Shown piece after piece: positions 28,301 through 38,216 of a stretch of DNA of 50,628 nt. This stretch comes from an uncultured archaeon. Lineage in GTDB: Archaea > Asgardarchaeota > Lokiarchaeia > Sigyniarchaeales > SOKP01. The notes under the pieces were generated by a model. It saw only the letters and a program-made list of their open reading frames with translations, did not search any database and had not been told where the DNA came from. Each line of letters starts with the position of its first letter. Position 1 is the stretch's first letter. The DNA is taken from positions 1 through 50,628 of the forward strand of contig CAZOYD010000020.1 in assembly GCA_964583985.1 (NCBI GenBank), written 5' to 3'. The position numbers were made by a program, and so were the translations under genes.

Positions 28301-28855
28301 ATGACACGATTATTAAGATGTAAAGTTTGCGGATATATTATCAAGGAAAGTAAATTGGGAGAAAAATGCCCCGCATGCGGAGTTCCAAAAACTGCTTTTG
28401 AACCATATAAAGAAAAGGTTTCAGAGAAACGTAAAAAAATCTTAGATTTGGAGATTCATCCTATATTAACCCATTTTACTGTAGGGTTTAGTATCTTTTC
28501 TTTTGTTCTTACATTGTTAACATTGATATTTCCAACATTCTATAGAAATGAAATTTTGAGTACTGTAGTTATTCTAAACGTGTCATTACCGATCTTTGTG
28601 GATTTAACTCTTATGAGTGGGATCCTTGATGGAAAAATACGATTTAAACGAATAATTACTATTCAACACATAAAAAAAATGATTATAGGATCAGTGTTAC
28701 TAGCCCTTGCAATTTCGATAGGAGTAATTAGTTTCTTTTTACCAACTGAAACTATTTTAATTCCTCTCGTATTCATTAGTCTATTCTGTGTTGTTTGCGC
28801 TGGATTACTCGGGCTCATTGGAAGATCATTGAAATGCATTGCATTTCCAAACTAA
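28301..28855 (+). CDS. Rubredoxin-like metal-binding domain fused to a DUF2231-like membrane domain
   Basis: RCKVCGYI...CPACGVPKTAF, then HPILTHF, four TM helices and a further His (IQHIKK). Confidence 0.8.
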   Translation: MTRLLRCKVCGYIIKESKLGEKCPACGVPKTAFEPYKEKVSEKRKKILDLEIHPILTHFTVGFSIFSFVLTLLTLIFPTFYRNEILSTVVILNVSLPIFVDLTLMSGILDGKIRFKRIITIQHIKKMIIGSVLLALAISIGVISFFLPTETILIPLVFISLFCVVCAGLLGLIGRSLKCIAFPN

Positions 28856-28877
28856 ATCATTTTGATCTTTTTTTTGT

Positions 28878-30101
28878 TTAATCTTTTTTCTCCACTAATG
28901 CAGAATTAACTATATTATCTTTTTGAAGCACTTTATAAAGTTGATTATAAGGAATATTTAACATTGTAAAATATGGAACTATTAAGCGAGATATTGGTAA
29001 ATGAAGAAATATAATTAAAATTGTTGATCTTATCAGTGAAATTAGAGAATTTCGAGCGGTTCCAACTTGCATACCAAAATTTGCTCTTAATGTAGCAGAT
29101 TTTGCTGCAATTTTTCGATAATAATCATATTTATTTGCAAGAAATTTAAGATCCAGTTTAGGATTATGGAGATAAGTTGAGATAATATACGCTAAAAATT
29201 CAGCGTCAGCAAACCCGGTATTCATCCCTTGACCTCCAATCGGGGGCATGGTATGGGCAGCATCTCCACATAGAAATACTTTTTCTTTCCAATATAAATC
29301 AGCTAAAAATTTTTGTACACCAAATGAATTTTGAGAGATTTTATCTTTTTCATTTAAGCAGATCCCTGTACGTTTGAGTATTATTTTTTCCAAAAATCCT
29401 TCTTTTGGTGTTTTAATAAATTTAGAAGTTTGAATGATCCACCTTCTTTTCTTATTGGGTAATGGAAAAGATTCTATACTCCCTTTATTAGTAAACCATA
29501 AAACAGCATCTCGTTTAAAAAAAGATTTATCAAAATAATCTCCCATAATAAAAGTAGGCTTAAAATAATATCCTATAAATGGGATATTAACTTTCTTTCG
29601 GATGATAGATTTCTCACCATCACAAGCACAAATAAACTCTGATGAGTAAGTAATTTCTTTTAACTCTTGAATGTTATAACATTCTATTACATAACCCTTT
29701 GAGCTTAACTTTATATCTGAGACCTTATATCCTCGCAATAAGGTTATACAAGAATATTTTTTTAAATTACTTTCTAGTATTTTTTCTGTTATCGCTTGTG
29801 ATACAGAAAGAACAAATGGAAATTTTGAGGGAATCTTCTTTATCTTTAATGTACCTAACCGTACTGTAGATCCAAAAAAAATGGCAGCTCTCCCTATAAT
29901 ACCATTATTAATAAAGAGATGGGCAAGATTTAAGCTCCTTAATATTTCTAAAGAGGGAGGTGTAATCCCAATAGCCCTTGACCAAGGGTTCCTGATCAAT
30001 TCTTTTTCTAAAATTAAGGTTTCAATATTTTTTGAACCAAGGAGATTTGCTAATAACAGTCCGACTGGTCCAGCACCTACAATTATTACTTTATGATGCA
30101 T
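28878..30101 (-). CDS. FAD-dependent monooxygenase (group A aromatic hydroxylase; UbiH/MhpA-like)
   Basis: VGAGPVG, ACDGEKSIIRK (DG motif), LCGDAAHTMPPIGGQGMNTGFADA. Confidence 0.9.
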   Translation of the reverse strand: MHHKVIIVGAGPVGLLLANLLGSKNIETLILEKELIRNPWSRAIGITPPSLEILRSLNLAHLFINNGIIGRAAIFFGSTVRLGTLKIKKIPSKFPFVLSVSQAITEKILESNLKKYSCITLLRGYKVSDIKLSSKGYVIECYNIQELKEITYSSEFICACDGEKSIIRKKVNIPFIGYYFKPTFIMGDYFDKSFFKRDAVLWFTNKGSIESFPLPNKKRRWIIQTSKFIKTPKEGFLEKIILKRTGICLNEKDKISQNSFGVQKFLADLYWKEKVFLCGDAAHTMPPIGGQGMNTGFADAEFLAYIISTYLHNPKLDLKFLANKYDYYRKIAAKSATLRANFGMQVGTARNSLISLIRSTILIIFLHLPISRLIVPYFTMLNIPYNQLYKVLQKDNIVNSALVEKKD

Positions 30102-30309
30102 GAAAATATCTTTTTTAATTGTATTTATAGTGGTGAATATGAAGGAAATGTGTAATTATAACTTGATTATGATACCATAATAAAAGAGTCTTTTTGTATG
30201 GTAGAATATTTATAATTTATTAGAAAAAATCTAAAAAATGAATTAAGATTTATGCAATTCATTAGTAATTACATCCTTATAATAATTTAATTTATTACTT
30301 GAACTCATT

Positions 30310-31026
30310 ATGGTGACAAAAAAGCAACAAGCAATAGGATGGATCAAAGCGATTAGACTTAAATTTTTAATCTCATATCTTGTTTTGGGGATTGGAGGAG
30401 TTATAATCGGGATTAATCATTCTGGAAACAAAATTGATATTCTTTTACTCATCCTATCATTTATTACAATAATAACAGCAGGTATTGGTGTTCATTATCG
30501 AGATGAAGCATCAGATTGGCTTGCTGGCTATGATTTAGAATCTGGCGGAGTAGGAGTAATCCGAGATGGTATTTTAAATGTCAGACCTCTTCAGATTGTA
30601 GGGAGAATATTAACTATCATCGCTTTAGGATTTGCAATTTTACAGATTTTTATCGTTTGGCAATTAATTTATATTCTTATTCCATTGGTGCCAGTAATTA
30701 TATTATCAAATTATGTTTCAGAAAAAATCTCTTTAGGGCATGAAGTCGCACCTGCATTTGCATATTCTATGGCGCTTTTATGGGTTTTTTTAGGACAAGG
30801 GTGGAGCTTTACAATTTCAACTCTTTTTTTTGTAATATTCGCATTCCTATTCGTATTAGCCTTAGTACCATATCAAGATGTTGGTGATTATGAGGTTGAT
30901 TTAAAATCGGGTAAGAAAACACTTACAGTTAAATTGGGAATTGATGCGGTTGGGCAGTTATCTATCGTTATCGGTGTTATATCGATTATTTTTCTCTATC
31001 TAAGTATTTTAACATTAGTTAATTAA
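30310..31026 (+). CDS. UbiA-family prenyltransferase (MenA-like, short)
   Basis: Asp-rich motifs HYRDEASDWLAGYD and QDVGDYEVDLKSGKKTLTVKLG; multiple TM helices. Confidence 0.75.
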   Translation: MVTKKQQAIGWIKAIRLKFLISYLVLGIGGVIIGINHSGNKIDILLLILSFITIITAGIGVHYRDEASDWLAGYDLESGGVGVIRDGILNVRPLQIVGRILTIIALGFAILQIFIVWQLIYILIPLVPVIILSNYVSEKISLGHEVAPAFAYSMALLWVFLGQGWSFTISTLFFVIFAFLFVLALVPYQDVGDYEVDLKSGKKTLTVKLGIDAVGQLSIVIGVISIIFLYLSILTLVN

Positions 31027-31310
31027 GACCCAAATAAAATTAAAAAATCTAAATAAGTAGAAATTAGATATTTATTTACTTATTCATAGACCTTTTTTAC
31101 TTCTTTATTATACTTTATATTAATTCGTTCTCTAATTTGATAATAATAGTTTTAGTGGAGTATCAAATCATACCGATCTAATAAGTTATCACAGCATCCT
31201 TGAAAGTATTTAAATATAAAAAAATCATAATTTAAATTTATAAATTATTAAATGAAAATTTAGATTAGAAAAAAAAATATTTTTAAATTAAACCTAAAAG
31301 ATGTTACTCA

Positions 31311-32231
31311 ATGATTAAAATTGACAATTTAACCAAGAAATATGGAAATCTGATTGCTGTTGATAACCTTTCATTGCAAATTGAAGAAGGTGAAGTATTT
31401 GGTTTGCTCGGTCCTAATGGAGCGGGTAAAACAACTACAATTAGGGTATTATGTTCCCTCATAACAAAAACGAGTGGTACCGCGATATTAAATGACTTAT
31501 CCATTGATAATAAAAAGGACTGTATTGAGATTCGTAAAATGATCGGATTATTACCAGAAAATGTGGGTCTTTATGAAGACATATCTGCTTATAAGAATTT
31601 GAATTTTTATGCAAAATTATACCAGGTTCCTGAAAATAAGCGAAAAGAACGAATTGAATATTATTTGAAAATGTTGGATTTATGGGGGAAAAAAGATGTA
31701 ACCGTTGGCACATTTTCCAAAGGAATGAAACAAAAATTAGCCATCGCTCGAACATTAGTCCATGAACCAAAAATCTTGTTTATGGATGAACCTACGGCAA
31801 ATTTGGATCCAGAAGCGACTAAAATGGTTAGAGATTTTATCCTTGAATTGAAAAAAGAAAAGCGCACAATTTTTTTGAATACACACATGCTCGATGAGGC
31901 AGAACGAATTTGTGATCGTGTGGGAATTATGAATACTCATCTAATAGCTACTGGATCTCCCGATGAATTACGCCATTCTTTATGGGGAAAGAAATCTATT
32001 GTCGTAGTGGACGCAGTTACAGATACCATCCTTAATAGCATAAAATCCCTTGGATTCGAAAAGATTGCAGTAGATAATAACAAAATAACAATTGAGGTCA
32101 ATGATCCTCACAAAGAAAATACTCTCATTACCCGCGCAATATTAGATGCAGGTGGACAAATTCAAACCATCTCAGAGTTAATTCCAAGTTTAGAAGATGT
32201 TTATTTGAAAGAGATTAGGAGGAATGAGTAA
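31311..32231 (+). CDS. ABC exporter ATP-binding protein
   Basis: GPNGAGKT, FSKGMKQK, LFMDEP, NTH. Confidence 0.93.
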   Translation: MIKIDNLTKKYGNLIAVDNLSLQIEEGEVFGLLGPNGAGKTTTIRVLCSLITKTSGTAILNDLSIDNKKDCIEIRKMIGLLPENVGLYEDISAYKNLNFYAKLYQVPENKRKERIEYYLKMLDLWGKKDVTVGTFSKGMKQKLAIARTLVHEPKILFMDEPTANLDPEATKMVRDFILELKKEKRTIFLNTHMLDEAERICDRVGIMNTHLIATGSPDELRHSLWGKKSIVVVDAVTDTILNSIKSLGFEKIAVDNNKITIEVNDPHKENTLITRAILDAGGQIQTISELIPSLEDVYLKEIRRNE

Positions 32232-32970
32232 ATTGAATAGAAAAAATGTTTGGGCGATAACTACAAAAGATTTTAGTCTTTTTATCAAAAAAAAATTGAT
32301 TCTTTATTCGGCATTAATTTTACCCTTAGCTCTTTCAATTGGGTTACCTATGATAATTTGGTATGTTGTTACTAACAAAACAAGTGTGCCAATCCAGGCC
32401 ATATTCCCGATATTTAATGCGTTTTCCTTCTTTTTCATCATCCTCTCTGCGATAATTCCAACTATTATCGCATCTTACAGTTTCGTAGGGGAAAAAGTTG
32501 AAAAAACTCTTGAACCCTTATTAGCAACCCCAGCCACCGATGATGAAATCTTACTTGGCAAGAGTTTGGCTGCATTCTTACCCGTAATAAGCATGATATT
32601 GATCAGTTCTGTAATATTCATGGTTCTAATAGATATCGTTTCTTTCCCTAAACTCGGTTATTTGTATTTCCCAAATTTGGACTTTGGGATTACAATTCTT
32701 TTGAACTCTCCACTAGCATGCCTTATGAGTATAGAATTTAGCGTCATCGTTTCTTCTCGGGTGAATGATATCCGCTCAGCCCAACAATTAGCTTCACTCA
32801 TTATAATTCCATTCTTTGCACTATACCTTCTTACCGAAATTAATGTAATTACGATGAATACTGACTCGTTGTTTTTAATCGCTGGACTTCTTGCTTTAAT
32901 TGATATAGTTCTGTTTTTTGCCAGTCGAGCTTTATTTAAACGGGAAGAAATTTTAACGAAATGGAAATAG
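32224..32970 (+). CDS. ABC-2 type permease
   Basis: SFVGEKVEKTLEPLLATP and six TM segments; overlaps the ATPase stop. Confidence 0.9.
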   Translation: MSKLNRKNVWAITTKDFSLFIKKKLILYSALILPLALSIGLPMIIWYVVTNKTSVPIQAIFPIFNAFSFFFIILSAIIPTIIASYSFVGEKVEKTLEPLLATPATDDEILLGKSLAAFLPVISMILISSVIFMVLIDIVSFPKLGYLYFPNLDFGITILLNSPLACLMSIEFSVIVSSRVNDIRSAQQLASLIIIPFFALYLLTEINVITMNTDSLFLIAGLLALIDIVLFFASRALFKREEILTKWK

Positions 32971-32987
32971 ATATAATAGTATTCCAA

Positions 32988-32997
32988 TTTTTTTTTT
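32988..32997 (+). terminator. Oligo-T (T10) terminator-like tract
   Basis: Ten consecutive T starting 18 bp after the permease stop. Confidence 0.4.
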
Positions 32998-33337
32998 GAT
33001 CATTTTAGTTATACTGTTAATCATGGTCTCATTTGCTGCTATATTACCCATCATTACCCAAGTTAAATATCATCATTTCAGCAACATTTGGAATTACTTT
33101 ATGTTTTTTTTTCCTACCACAGCACATTCACGTTTTAAAGAGATAAGCTACTCACTAAAAACTAATAAGAGGTTTTCTTACTTTTATGTGAGATAAAATA
33201 GTATTATGATTTATTAAAGTTAATTTAATATAAAAAGAAACAATAATATTTCTGAATCTCAGTATCACTACGATATTGGTATTCCACCCTAAATTAAATA
33301 TAATAAAACTTACATCAACAAAAAAAAGTGTTCATAT

Positions 33338-34033
33338 ATGAGTGATCAGACTAAACTCCCTTCAGAAAGCGAGATTAAAAAAGAACGTGTGCAAGAAGAA
33401 AAAGTAATATTGAGGAGTTATTCAAAAGTAATTTTATTTTACCCACTTCTGATTATATCTTTCGTATTATTTTTAATACAAATCATTATGGGAGCAGATG
33501 AGCAATGGCTTGGAGCAATTTGGATTACCGTCTTTTTCATTAATTTATTTATAATTTCTTTTGACACCTCATCAACAAAATTCTTTATATTGCTATTAGT
33601 TATTATTGTATTAATATTGGTGTTTACTTTCATCTTCAATCCAATTGTAATAATTGGGAAAATATTTTCATTTGAAGTCTTGATTGTAATGAGTTATCAA
33701 TTTTATTTGTCATGCACCGTAATATTAATTATAGTACTACTAATAGCCTGGATTGCCACTAGATTTAATTATTGGAAAATAGAAAGAAACGAAGTGATCC
33801 ATAAACAAGGTATTATCGTTTCGGTTAAGAGGTATCCCACAAAAAGCCTGCGTATTGAAAAAGATATTCCCGATCTTTTCGAATTCATGCTATTAGGAGC
33901 TGGCTCAATTCAGTTGTTTTTTGCAAATCAGGAAGTAATTCACCTTAGTACTATTATAAAGGTCAATAAAAAATCAAAAAATATTGATTATTTACTTAGT
34001 GACATTCAAGTTGAAATGGAAAAAACAGAATAA
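33338..34033 (+). CDS. Hypothetical membrane protein with a possible C-terminal PH-like beta domain
   Basis: Four TM helices followed by NYWKIERNEVIHKQGI...GAGSIQL. Confidence 0.6.
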   Translation: MSDQTKLPSESEIKKERVQEEKVILRSYSKVILFYPLLIISFVLFLIQIIMGADEQWLGAIWITVFFINLFIISFDTSSTKFFILLLVIIVLILVFTFIFNPIVIIGKIFSFEVLIVMSYQFYLSCTVILIIVLLIAWIATRFNYWKIERNEVIHKQGIIVSVKRYPTKSLRIEKDIPDLFEFMLLGAGSIQLFFANQEVIHLSTIIKVNKKSKNIDYLLSDIQVEMEKTE

Positions 34034-34182
34034 TTTAGATCTATTGATCAACTAACAATATTAGATAAGGAACATCAAAACCTAAATGTTAAATTGATGT
34101 TGACTTATTTTTTTTCTTTTTCTTTTTTTCTATTGTAGAACATATTTTTATAAAGTAATAGAAATGCAAAACTATAGTACAG

Positions 34183-35127
34183 TCAAGAAAAGGCCAAAGT
34201 TTCGTTTAAAATAACGATTGTTAGAATTAAAAATAAAACATTAATTGCTATTGGTAATAACATTATGCTATATCCATACTTTGTTTGATCCAAATGAGTC
34301 CTTCTATGGATATAGTAATAGAGTAATGCACTAAATCCAATTCCAAATATGATGAAAATTGATATTATTCCAAGTAAATCAGTTTTGTCTCCATATCTAT
34401 CGGGAACGAAATTAATATTGAAATGAAGTGGAATTGTTTGGGGTAATTGAAAATAGATAATTAGGAAATAAACTAATCCCGAGATTGAAAGAATAATTGT
34501 GAAGATAAATAATGATAGTGCAAGTTTAATATCTTTGGAAGAACTCATAGTATCTTTAAGAGCTCCGGTTTTATTTACAACTTGCGATCCAATATTTTTA
34601 TCAATACTCTGTAGCATATTAATAAAATCACCTTCATTAGCAGGGGTTATTCCATATAATTTCTTTTTTTTTCCGTTTGTTTCAATGAACAATAGATTGT
34701 TGAGTTTAGTAGCATATAAAGAAACCGTCTCAAATTTTCCGTCAATTAAAAATTTGAATCTTCCAAATAAATATCCTGGAAGCCCAACACCCCCCAACCT
34801 TATACCTTCATAATCTTTTGATTCAGACCTAATTATCCTTTTAACCATTGCAACTGGAATTCTTTTAGTTTTTAATCCCCATTTAATTAAAAGAAATTCG
34901 TTTGAAAGGATATATTCCAATTCATAGTATGCATAAATTAATAGTGTAAATACTGCGATAATCGCTAAAAAAAAGCATAGCAGTAGTATGAATAGAGACA
35001 TAATTTGAATGCTCGGATATATTGATATAAAGAGAATTGAGAACAATAATGTAAGTGCAATGGTGATGATGATTATATATTTTCCACCATTTGATTTTGC
35101 CGGTTTAAAAATTACATTTTCTGGCAT
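34183..35127 (-). CDS. Membrane protein: bacterial PH domain plus DUF1648-like domain
   Basis: Two TM, LLIKWG...GIRLGGVGLPGYLFGRF...YGITP (bPH), then QLPQTIPLHFNINFVPDRYG (DUF1648/SdpI N-terminal). Confidence 0.75.
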   Translation of the reverse strand: MPENVIFKPAKSNGGKYIIIITIALTLLFSILFISIYPSIQIMSLFILLLCFFLAIIAVFTLLIYAYYELEYILSNEFLLIKWGLKTKRIPVAMVKRIIRSESKDYEGIRLGGVGLPGYLFGRFKFLIDGKFETVSLYATKLNNLLFIETNGKKKKLYGITPANEGDFINMLQSIDKNIGSQVVNKTGALKDTMSSSKDIKLALSLFIFTIILSISGLVYFLIIYFQLPQTIPLHFNINFVPDRYGDKTDLLGIISIFIIFGIGFSALLYYYIHRRTHLDQTKYGYSIMLLPIAINVLFLILTIVILNETLAFS

Positions 35128-35504
35128 ATTTCCTCATGATTTTTACTAATAGACAATTTTGCTACTTAATCACCAAATGATAGATCCTATTAAAGGAGGA
35201 ATATTATAATTTATTAAGTAATTTCTGATTCTTAAACTAAAATCACCCGTTCAATATTCGATATAATAAACATTTTATTAATTGACTGCAATGCAAAAAA
35301 TTAGGGATTACTAATTTTGGATTTTTAAAAAATAATTAAAGTGGGCAATTAATTAAGTAATATTATATTTCTTGGATTAAAAAAATTAAAATAAATTCAA
35401 AGATCGACGATTAGAGATTAAATTATTTAAATTAAATGAGTATAATTTTAATGATATTCTTAAGTTTTATATATTAATTTAATTAATTATTTTCAAATAT
35501 TTCT

Positions 35505-37877
35505 ATGATATCTTTAGAAGATGCTGGAAAAGGATTAGATCCGAATCAAGTTTTAGAAAGATTAAAAAAGTATGGTTATAACGAGATTTCTTCTGAAAAA
35601 CCAAACCCAATGATATTAATTTTAAAAAAATTCTGGGGATTTACTCCTCTCATGCTTCTTATTACAATAATATTAGAGATAATTATAGGTAAAATCTTTG
35701 AAGCATATGTCATTACTGCTCTACTTCTATTCAATTCATTAATGTCTTATTTTCAAGAAAGAAAAGCAAATTTGGTATTAGAATTATTAAAAAGCAAATT
35801 GCAAGTAAAAGCTAGGGTTAAACGCCAAGGAGAGTGGACTCTGATTCCAGCAAGAGAGCTTGTTCCCGATGATCTTGTGAGGTTAAGATCTGGTGATTTT
35901 GTACCTGCAGACATAATTATTCTTGAAGGTTATATTGAAGTTGATCAATCATCTATTACTGGAGAATCAATTATAATTGAAAAAGAGTACAACCAATTGA
36001 TATATGCGGGATCAATCGTAAAAAGGGGTGAAGCTACTGGAAGAATAAAGGCAACAGCTAGTCATTCTTTTCTTGGACATACTATTCAATTAGTTGAACT
36101 TGCGAAACCTAAATTTAATATTCAGATAATGATATCAAAAATTGTTAAATGGCTAATTTTAATGGTTGTTTTTTCAATAAGTACAGCAATTATTTTCTCA
36201 ATTATCAAGAAGTTAAACCTTCTCGACTTAATACCTTTATTTGTTATTCTATTAATTGCTTCAATACCAATTGCTTTACCTACTATGTTTACTATTAGTA
36301 TGGCTTTAGGATCTTTTGAATTATCCAAAAAAAACGTATTAATAACCAGATTAGATGCTGTGGAAGATGTTGCTATGATGGACGTAATATGTGCAGATAA
36401 AACTGGAACCCTCACTATGAATGTACTCCAAATCTCAAAACTTATTAATAATTCGAAATATGAGGAAGATGATATTATTCTTTATGGCGCATTAGCATCT
36501 CAAGAAGCAGATCAAGATCCAATCGATCTTGCATTTATTAGAGTAATGAAAGAAAAGAATTTGCATTATGATGATTATATTCAAAAAAAATTTCTACCTT
36601 TCGATCCGATGAATCGAAGAACAGAAGCATTAATCGAGAGAGATGCAGAAACATTTTTGATTGTTAAAGGGGCTATTAATATAATCTTCAATATGTGCAA
36701 CTTATCTCAAATCGTGAACTTTAAAGATATTCAGAACAAAATGAGTGTCCTTTCTGCCTCTGGTTATAGATTGATCGCAGTAGCATTTGGAAAAGATAAA
36801 AATAATTTAGATTTAGTAGGTGTCGCGGCTCTGTATGACCAAATTCGACCCGAAATTTATGAATTAATTCAAAAAGTTAATGATTTGGGAATATCTTTAA
36901 AAATGTTAACTGGGGATGCTTTACCGATTGCAAAAGAAGTTGCAAAGAATGTGGGCATAGGAAATAACGTTATTAGTTATTCAGATTTTAAGGATCTTGT
37001 TAAGGAAAATGATGATTTTAAAATTTTAGAGAATATTGATGGGTTTGCTGAAATTTACCCTGAAGATAAATATTTAATTGTGAAAGATCTTCAGAAATTA
37101 GGACACGTTGTAGGAATGACAGGTGATGGAGTGAATGATGCTCCAGCTCTAAGGCAATCAGAAGTGGGTATAGCTGTAAAAAGTTCTACGGATGTAGCTA
37201 AAAAGGCATCTAGTGTTGTCTTAACTGAGGAGACTCTTGAAGGAATTATTGATTTGATAAAAATAGGAAGGAGAATCTATCAAAGAATAAACATTTGGAT
37301 TTTAAACAAGATAATAAGAACATTTAAAAGAGTTTTATTTATAATTCTTGCTTTTATGATTTTTAGTGTCTATATTGTATCCGCTTTAAATATGATAATT
37401 CTATTATTTTTGAGTGATTATGTAACTTTATCTTTATCTACTGATCAAGTTTCTTATTCTCAGAAACCTGAAAGTGGAAAAATAAATAAGCTAATTAAAG
37501 TTGGAATTATTTTAGGATTTTTTATAGTTCTTGAAGGACTTATAATTCTAATCATAGGAGACGCTTTTTTTAGAATATTTAATGATTTAAATCACGTTTA
37601 TACCTATACATTTGTTTTTTTAGTTTATTCGGGATATTTTACAATATTAGCAGTAAGAGAAAAAGAGCATTTTTGGCATTCAAAACCAAGTAAATTTTTA
37701 GCGATTGCAATTATTATTAATTCATTTTTCGTATTTTTAATAAGTACTTACGGATTAATTGGTTTTACTCCAATTCCTATTATTGAATTTATGGTTATTT
37801 TATTTTTTTGTTTTTTTTCGTGTTTAATTTTTAATGATTTTATAAAATGGATGTTAATAAAAAAATTTAAAGAATAA
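35505..37877 (+). CDS. P-type ATPase, P3A (plasma-membrane H+-ATPase-like)
   Basis: YGYNEI, TGES, TM4 IPIALP, DKTGT, DPID, FDP, KGA, MLTGD, MTGDGVNDAPAL, TM6 Asp in LFLSDYVT. Confidence 0.88.
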   Translation: MISLEDAGKGLDPNQVLERLKKYGYNEISSEKPNPMILILKKFWGFTPLMLLITIILEIIIGKIFEAYVITALLLFNSLMSYFQERKANLVLELLKSKLQVKARVKRQGEWTLIPARELVPDDLVRLRSGDFVPADIIILEGYIEVDQSSITGESIIIEKEYNQLIYAGSIVKRGEATGRIKATASHSFLGHTIQLVELAKPKFNIQIMISKIVKWLILMVVFSISTAIIFSIIKKLNLLDLIPLFVILLIASIPIALPTMFTISMALGSFELSKKNVLITRLDAVEDVAMMDVICADKTGTLTMNVLQISKLINNSKYEEDDIILYGALASQEADQDPIDLAFIRVMKEKNLHYDDYIQKKFLPFDPMNRRTEALIERDAETFLIVKGAINIIFNMCNLSQIVNFKDIQNKMSVLSASGYRLIAVAFGKDKNNLDLVGVAALYDQIRPEIYELIQKVNDLGISLKMLTGDALPIAKEVAKNVGIGNNVISYSDFKDLVKENDDFKILENIDGFAEIYPEDKYLIVKDLQKLGHVVGMTGDGVNDAPALRQSEVGIAVKSSTDVAKKASSVVLTEETLEGIIDLIKIGRRIYQRINIWILNKIIRTFKRVLFIILAFMIFSVYIVSALNMIILLFLSDYVTLSLSTDQVSYSQKPESGKINKLIKVGIILGFFIVLEGLIILIIGDAFFRIFNDLNHVYTYTFVFLVYSGYFTILAVREKEHFWHSKPSKFLAIAIIINSFFVFLISTYGLIGFTPIPIIEFMVILFFCFFSCLIFNDFIKWMLIKKFKE

Positions 37878-38216
37878 TTGGATTCGCAGATTAAAGAAAA
37901 TTAGTTAAAGATAGTCATTACATTACTGAATTGGATGAATTTTATGAAATAATATAAGCTCCTGTAAATTTCCTCATATTTAGTAATAATTCCATAAAAT
38001 TTCCTTTTTTTACCGATTCTAATTAAAAAGACCTATTTAAGCAAGAGTATTAACGTTTAAAGTTCTAATTTTGCTACAGATTGAATCAATAAAACAAAAA
38101 TACTTTAAATTATGGGCACTAGAGCCCACAAAGTGTCGTTACAATTTTAAATTACCAAATTTTATAGATATTATAAAATATTGATACTTTAACTAGATTT
38201 AAGAAAATACGGTGAT

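Noticed and set aside
32996-33196. 66-aa ORF, a minus-strand mini-ORF (MCCGRKKKHK...) and a C-box-like ATGATGA
   Set aside because: No recognisable domain, the start lies in a poly-T tract, and no matching D box (CTGA) supports a C/D sRNA.
38113-38128. Short GC-rich inverted repeat TGGGC-N6-GCCCA upstream of the arcE-like gene
   Set aside because: Only 5-bp arms, and I could not find the motif repeated upstream of arcB, arcC or rocD.
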